Source of the DNA: an uncultured Acidobacteriota bacterium
GTDB taxonomy: Bacteria > Acidobacteriota > UBA6911
Assembly: GCA_963827655.1 (NCBI GenBank)
Contig: CAWHCF010000026.1
Coordinates: 160,001-224,000 of the forward strand
Length of the DNA stretch: 64,000 bases
Direction: 5' to 3'
The notes below the pieces were generated by a model, which saw only the letters and a program-made list of their open reading frames with translations, was not told the origin of the DNA and did not search any database. Position numbers and translations under genes: made by a program. Below are positions 59,538-64,000 of this stretch, piece by piece; the stretch's first letter is position 1, and each line of letters starts with the position of its first letter.

Positions 59538-60143
59538 CTATTCCTGATGCTCGGCGTGCGTGCAGCCGGGGAACTCGTCGAGATAGCTGTTTCCCTTGTA
59601 GCCCAACTCCTTGATCAGCCCGATCTCCGAGGTGTAATAACCGTTGATGGTGTAGGACTTGATCGTATTGAAAAACTCCACGCCCAGCTGATCTTCGAGG
59701 GTCGTGTTCTTCCCCGACGAAAGCGTAACCAGCAATGCAGTCTGCTGCTGGGGAGTAGCGTCCTTGAAATTCACTCCGTAAAGCTCGTGGCTCTTCTTGT
59801 CCATCCAGGCAAGGCCGCGGAGAAACTCTCTCTTTACCGCCGGGTCCTCCTCGCTGAGCATCAGGTCTATGAATTCGTTGACCTTGGCCGCCTTTGCGCC
59901 CGGCGTATCGGTCGCCGGGATGATCAGCTCCGAAAGGATGGATACGGTCTCGTTCTGATGGGCATTGAAGAACAAAGGCTTCCACGCGGCCGCCGCCGCT
60001 GCAGGAGGCGCAGGCGCATGGACGTGCTGATGAGTTCCGGCAAGGGCATCGCCCGGGTTTATAGTGGCGATGACCGCGCCACCCACGGCCAGTTGCTTCA
60101 ATGCCTTCCGCCGATCGATGCTTTTATCTGTGTCGCTCATCAT
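59538..60143 (-). CDS. Gluconate 2-dehydrogenase subunit 3 family protein (Tat)
   Basis: DRRKALK Tat-like motif; LSELIIPATDTPGAKAAKVNEFID; GYYTSEIG..ELGY. Confidence 0.85.
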   Translation of the reverse strand: MMSDTDKSIDRRKALKQLAVGGAVIATINPGDALAGTHQHVHAPAPPAAAAAAWKPLFFNAHQNETVSILSELIIPATDTPGAKAAKVNEFIDLMLSEEDPAVKREFLRGLAWMDKKSHELYGVNFKDATPQQQTALLVTLSSGKNTTLEDQLGVEFFNTIKSYTINGYYTSEIGLIKELGYKGNSYLDEFPGCTHAEHQE

Positions 60144-60345
60144 CCGTCACCTTGATTTTCGTTGTCTGATCCTAACACCGCGAAGACGCGAAGACACTAA
60201 GAAACCGAAATTGCGCTTTCCCTTCCTGTCGGGCCGAATCGTGTTGACGCTTCTCTCGCCGAACAGATAATGTTGCGTCGGTCCGAAGAAGAAACGATGG
60301 CATAGCCGGCATACACAACCACGAAAACGCGAAGACACAAAAAAT

Positions 60346-63300
60346 ATGCAAGGTAACCGACCGCTGGTCATAATCCTGGCTTTGCTCGCACTCGCCGGAG
60401 TCGTATACACCCTGAGAGTGGCGGGCACTCCAGACCGGATACCACCCTCGGGAATTCCCAGCCGAGTCGTAACCGTGAACGGGTATCCGGAACTACACGT
60501 CGATGGTAAGCCCTTTTTCATGCACGGCGCGGCCTTCAGCTACTACCGTCTGCCGCGTGATCGCTGGGAAGAAAGCCTTCTCGCATTAAAACAGCAAGGA
60601 ATCAACACGATCGATTTGCGCGTTGTCTGGAACTGGCATCAACCGGCAGAGGACTCCCTCGATTTCGACGGGAAGACGAACCCCAGGCGCGATCTCAAGG
60701 GCTTGCTGAAGCTGATCGCGGACTTGCAGTTCAAGGCTTCCGTCAGGCCCGGACCCTTCATCGCTGACCAGTGGAAAAACGGCGGCTATCCCGATTGGCT
60801 GCTCACACGCCCCGAGTATTTGATGCCTCTGAAGGACATCCTCGAGGGGCGCTATCCCAGTCTCTCGGCGCTCCAGTACGAGTTCGGGGAAGAAGCTGCC
60901 GCAGGCTACCTGAACAACTCTACGCATCTCCGCTACACGCGAAAATGGTACCAGGATGTGATGAGCATCGTGCGCCCGTACCTGGCTTCCCGCGGCGGCA
61001 ATGTCATTCTCCTGCAGGTGGACGACGACCAGGGAACGGGTCGTTTCAACACCACTGGACCGAGATTCTGGGAGTACCTGGATCTGCTTCGACGGTACCT
61101 CCGGGAGGCGTCCGGCGATCCGACGATACCGATCTACTTCAACCCCGCGGACATGCGCGTCACGGCATCGTCTGCCACGCCGGCGGTAGGAGACCCGTTT
61201 TGGGCCATGGGCCAGTACTCTCAGGAGCAAGGGCGCGAGTCCGATGTCTTGCGGGCAGAGGATGTCGGAACTCCCAAGTATCTGACCGAGGTCCTCAAGA
61301 CCCAGTCCGGCTTTCCGCCGTTTTTCATCGAGTACCGGGCGGAAGGGTTCGCGGGCGGCGAGGATGTGAGGACCCGCGCCACAGATCCAACAAACCGGCT
61401 GCTCGCCTCACGTTTCCTGTTTCAGAACGGGGTGAAAGGGCTGAACTACTCCCCGCTTCAGGACACACTCTTTCCGGCGGGATACGAATGCCCATGGTCG
61501 AACTACTTTTACTCCTGGGAATCGGCGATTGGATATGAAGGAAGTCTGCGTTCCTCGGCCGAGGCCTCGGCTCGCAACGGCAAACTCATTTCCGGGATGG
61601 GACCGCTGCTCGCAGCGGCCCACTACGTCGCCGACATCGGCATCGCACACAGCATCGGAACTTATCCTCAGGAAAAGCTGACCCGCGACGATGTCAACGC
61701 AGTCATCCTCGGGACAATGAGAGCGACTCAGTATGCGCAGCTTAACCAGGTCAATGCCGAACTCGTGGATCCGGAGCATCAGTCATTGCAAAACTTGCGG
61801 CGTTACCGGCTTATTCTCCTCCCAGTGGTAAGCGAAAGCTCGTATCGAGACGGACGAGTACCGGGATACATGGAATTCTCCGCGCGCGCCCAGTCCGTGT
61901 TGAAGGAGTATGCAAGACAGGGTGGAACCCTCGTCGCCTATCCTGACAGGCCGAGGGGACGTTACCTCGACGAGCTCTTCGCGGTTCCGTTGGGCAAACC
62001 CGGAAATTCTGCGTCTTCCGCTCCTTCGCTCACTATTGAGGGAGTGTCCGCTGCCGCGTCAGGAGCGATTCGGGTGTTTCAGCTCCCCGGCGGGGTACAA
62101 GGCCTGACCTCACAGGCCACTCTGGAGGGAGATCCGGCGCAGGTCGCAGGCTACCGGCGCAAGTTCGGGAGCGGATCCGCGGTTGTGCTGGGAGCCGAGT
62201 TCGATCGCTGGGTGCCGCTGCAGAGCGCTTCGAGCACGTCCGACAGCGATCTTCCGTCCCAACCGGGGCTGACCACGGAACAGAAGAGATCGACCGGACA
62301 GATCCTTGAAGCCCTCATGAAATCCGCTGGAGTAACTCGCGCCGCCTGGTCCCCGGAGCTGGAGCGGGGCGTACCGGTTCAGCGGCCCGGCCTTTCGCTG
62401 CTTGTGGCGAACGCATCCGATCGCGCGGGAAAAGAAAGTGCTTACGGATTTCTATCGATCACGAACTTCGACTCGAACGCACATACCTTTCGCCCCGCGA
62501 TTCGCGACCCGAAAACGGGAGAGGAGACCGCTTTGCCGGCAGTCCACATAGCGGCGCGCGATGCGCTCATGCTCCCATTGCGGGTCGGCTTGAAGGAAGA
62601 GTTACTGGGGCTCGGAAACCAGCGTGGGATTGTGGCTACCGACGAAATTATTTACAGCACGGCCGAGGTTACCGGAGTTCACCCAGCTGACAACGCACTA
62701 CTCTTCGAGCTGTACAGTAAAGGGAACGCATCACTCCGGCTGCAACTCAGTCGCGCGCCCGCGAGCCACCCCCTGTTAGGCGGGGAAAAAGTGAATTACA
62801 GATACTATCCGGCCACAAGGCACGTCGACATCGATCTTCCGCCGCCCAAGTCGCCTGACGGCCGTCAAACACTAAGTATTCCTTACACTTTGATATCAAG
62901 CGCAGCGCCTCCATCACCGGACTCGACCGCCGGAACGGCAGATGCGCAGCCCGTGCCTGGTTCCCGGAAAGTAGACCTGAGGCCGACGATGCGAATTCCG
63001 GTTCGCGACGATGTGGCGTACGGTCTCTTTCCGTCGGCCTGGAGTGCACGTACCGGTGAGAGCGTACAGTTTTCCTTCGTGCACCCGTCCGACTGCAAAG
63101 GGAAATGTACTGCGAAAGTTTCGGCTGCCGACTTGCTGGTTTCCGAAGTCGACGCGGAAAAAAGTCCCGCGTTCACGGTCCGAGCGCCGTATGAGAGGAC
63201 CTACCTGCGGAATGTCGAGTGGACCCTCGATAACGCAGGACAAGGCTATTCGGGCACGGCACAGGTCCTGTTCCTGGCCCCCGGTTCCGCGGTTGCCCTC

Positions 63301-64000
63301 GAGCGCGACGTGGATCGAGACGGGTTCTTCGATTACATTCTCGAAAACGAAAAACTCCGCTTGATCATTTTCCCGAGTGCGGGGACGCGGAGCTTCGCCT
63401 TCATACGAAAAGACGCGAACCGGAGTGCATTTACATCCGTCGGAGGAATGCGCGATGTCTTTCGCGTTCAGATGCCGGATCCGCCAGGTCACGATCGGTT
63501 GCCTTCGTGGACGCGGCAAGGCAATCCCGGGATGCACAACCGCCACTACACGCCGCGTATCACGCAGGAATCCGGAGGTTACGCCGAAGTTGTATTCTCC
63601 TACACTGCGCCCGATGTGGCTCCGAAAGGCGCTCAGATCTCGCGAGTAGTGCGGCTGGGAGGGAACGACGACTTCGTTGAGGTTGCCTATACGATCGCGC
63701 CCCATGACACCGAAGCGAGCCAGGGATACATTAACCTTAACTCAATCGCGCTCGGATCGATGGAAGACGAGGCGGCGACGATATTCCGAACTGACGGTTC
63801 GGGAGCCGCTCCTCTGAAACGGAGAACCAGGGGGACAGTCGCGGGCGCAACCTACGTGGAGCTGGCTGCGCGCGACGGCGGCGAGGTATTCGGGATTTCG
63901 TGGGCTCCGGGATCTATCGAGAAGGTGACGTATGACCGCCGGGACTACAGCCTGCTGCTCGCCCTTGAATCACCTGCCTGGCGGCCGGGAGAGAAATCGC
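60346..64000 (+). CDS. Large secreted or membrane-anchored GH35-like glycoside hydrolase (3' truncated by window; absent from ORF track)
   Basis: ATG 60346; N-terminal hydrophobic helix; VDGKPFFMHGAAFSYYRLP, GINTIDLRVVWNWHQP, RPGPFIADQWKNGGYPDWL; no stop seen before the window end. Confidence 0.8.
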   Translation, partial: MQGNRPLVIILALLALAGVVYTLRVAGTPDRIPPSGIPSRVVTVNGYPELHVDGKPFFMHGAAFSYYRLPRDRWEESLLALKQQGINTIDLRVVWNWHQPAEDSLDFDGKTNPRRDLKGLLKLIADLQFKASVRPGPFIADQWKNGGYPDWLLTRPEYLMPLKDILEGRYPSLSALQYEFGEEAAAGYLNNSTHLRYTRKWYQDVMSIVRPYLASRGGNVILLQVDDDQGTGRFNTTGPRFWEYLDLLRRYLREASGDPTIPIYFNPADMRVTASSATPAVGDPFWAMGQYSQEQGRESDVLRAEDVGTPKYLTEVLKTQSGFPPFFIEYRAEGFAGGEDVRTRATDPTNRLLASRFLFQNGVKGLNYSPLQDTLFPAGYECPWSNYFYSWESAIGYEGSLRSSAEASARNGKLISGMGPLLAAAHYVADIGIAHSIGTYPQEKLTRDDVNAVILGTMRATQYAQLNQVNAELVDPEHQSLQNLRRYRLILLPVVSESSYRDGRVPGYMEFSARAQSVLKEYARQGGTLVAYPDRPRGRYLDELFAVPLGKPGNSASSAPSLTIEGVSAAASGAIRVFQLPGGVQGLTSQATLEGDPAQVAGYRRKFGSGSAVVLGAEFDRWVPLQSASSTSDSDLPSQPGLTTEQKRSTGQILEALMKSAGVTRAAWSPELERGVPVQRPGLSLLVANASDRAGKESAYGFLSITNFDSNAHTFRPAIRDPKTGEETALPAVHIAARDALMLPLRVGLKEELLGLGNQRGIVATDEIIYSTAEVTGVHPADNALLFELYSKGNASLRLQLSRAPASHPLLGGEKVNYRYYPATRHVDIDLPPPKSPDGRQTLSIPYTLISSAAPPSPDSTAGTADAQPVPGSRKVDLRPTMRIPVRDDVAYGLFPSAWSARTGESVQFSFVHPSDCKGKCTAKVSAADLLVSEVDAEKSPAFTVRAPYERTYLRNVEWTLDNAGQGYSGTAQVLFLAPGSAVALERDVDRDGFFDYILENEKLRLIIFPSAGTRSFAFIRKDANRSAFTSVGGMRDVFRVQMPDPPGHDRLPSWTRQGNPGMHNRHYTPRITQESGGYAEVVFSYTAPDVAPKGAQISRVVRLGGNDDFVEVAYTIAPHDTEASQGYINLNSIALGSMEDEAATIFRTDGSGAAPLKRRTRGTVAGATYVELAARDGGEVFGISWAPGSIEKVTYDRRDYSLLLALESPAWRPGEKS

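Noticed and set aside
1-64000. rRNA, tRNA (including selC) or IS transposase genes
   Set aside because: None recognised by eye; tRNAscan-SE, Infernal and ISEScan would be needed to exclude them

Overview
GC-rich bacterial chromosomal segment, most likely Acidobacteriota (PadR + duplicated orphan ABC permease pair, Oar-type TonB receptor, PVC/Acidobacteria-type multi-cytochrome c proteins). Housekeeping and metabolic genes: trmFO (partial), xerC, a selenocysteine formate dehydrogenase-N operon (fdnGHI-fdhE), proS, a benzoate-CoA ligase family gene, a TetR-HlyD-ABC-TolC efflux operon, tex, xylB and a large GH35-like hydrolase running off the right end. Accessory content includes intact and decayed type II toxin-antitoxin modules, some bounded by degenerate attC-like sites, and several families of intergenic repeats (7-bp-period hairpins, 9-bp-period repeats, REP-like elements). 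Most notable: (i) a four-helix-bundle (Avd/23S-IVP-like) gene held inside a modular array of inverted 7-bp-repeat arms, with gene-less hairpins of the same design elsewhere in the window; (ii) a hidden OsmC-like selenoprotein (in-frame UGA + SECIS-like hairpin) split by the ORF track; (iii) an ECF sigma factor coupled to an O6-alkylguanine methyltransferase with an anti-sigma-like N-terminus, followed by two paralogous Rieske-fusion proteins. Several otherwise intact genes carry small frameshifts that may be assembly errors. No rRNA, tRNA, CRISPR array or transposase was recognised. All calls are by-eye; no database searches were run.
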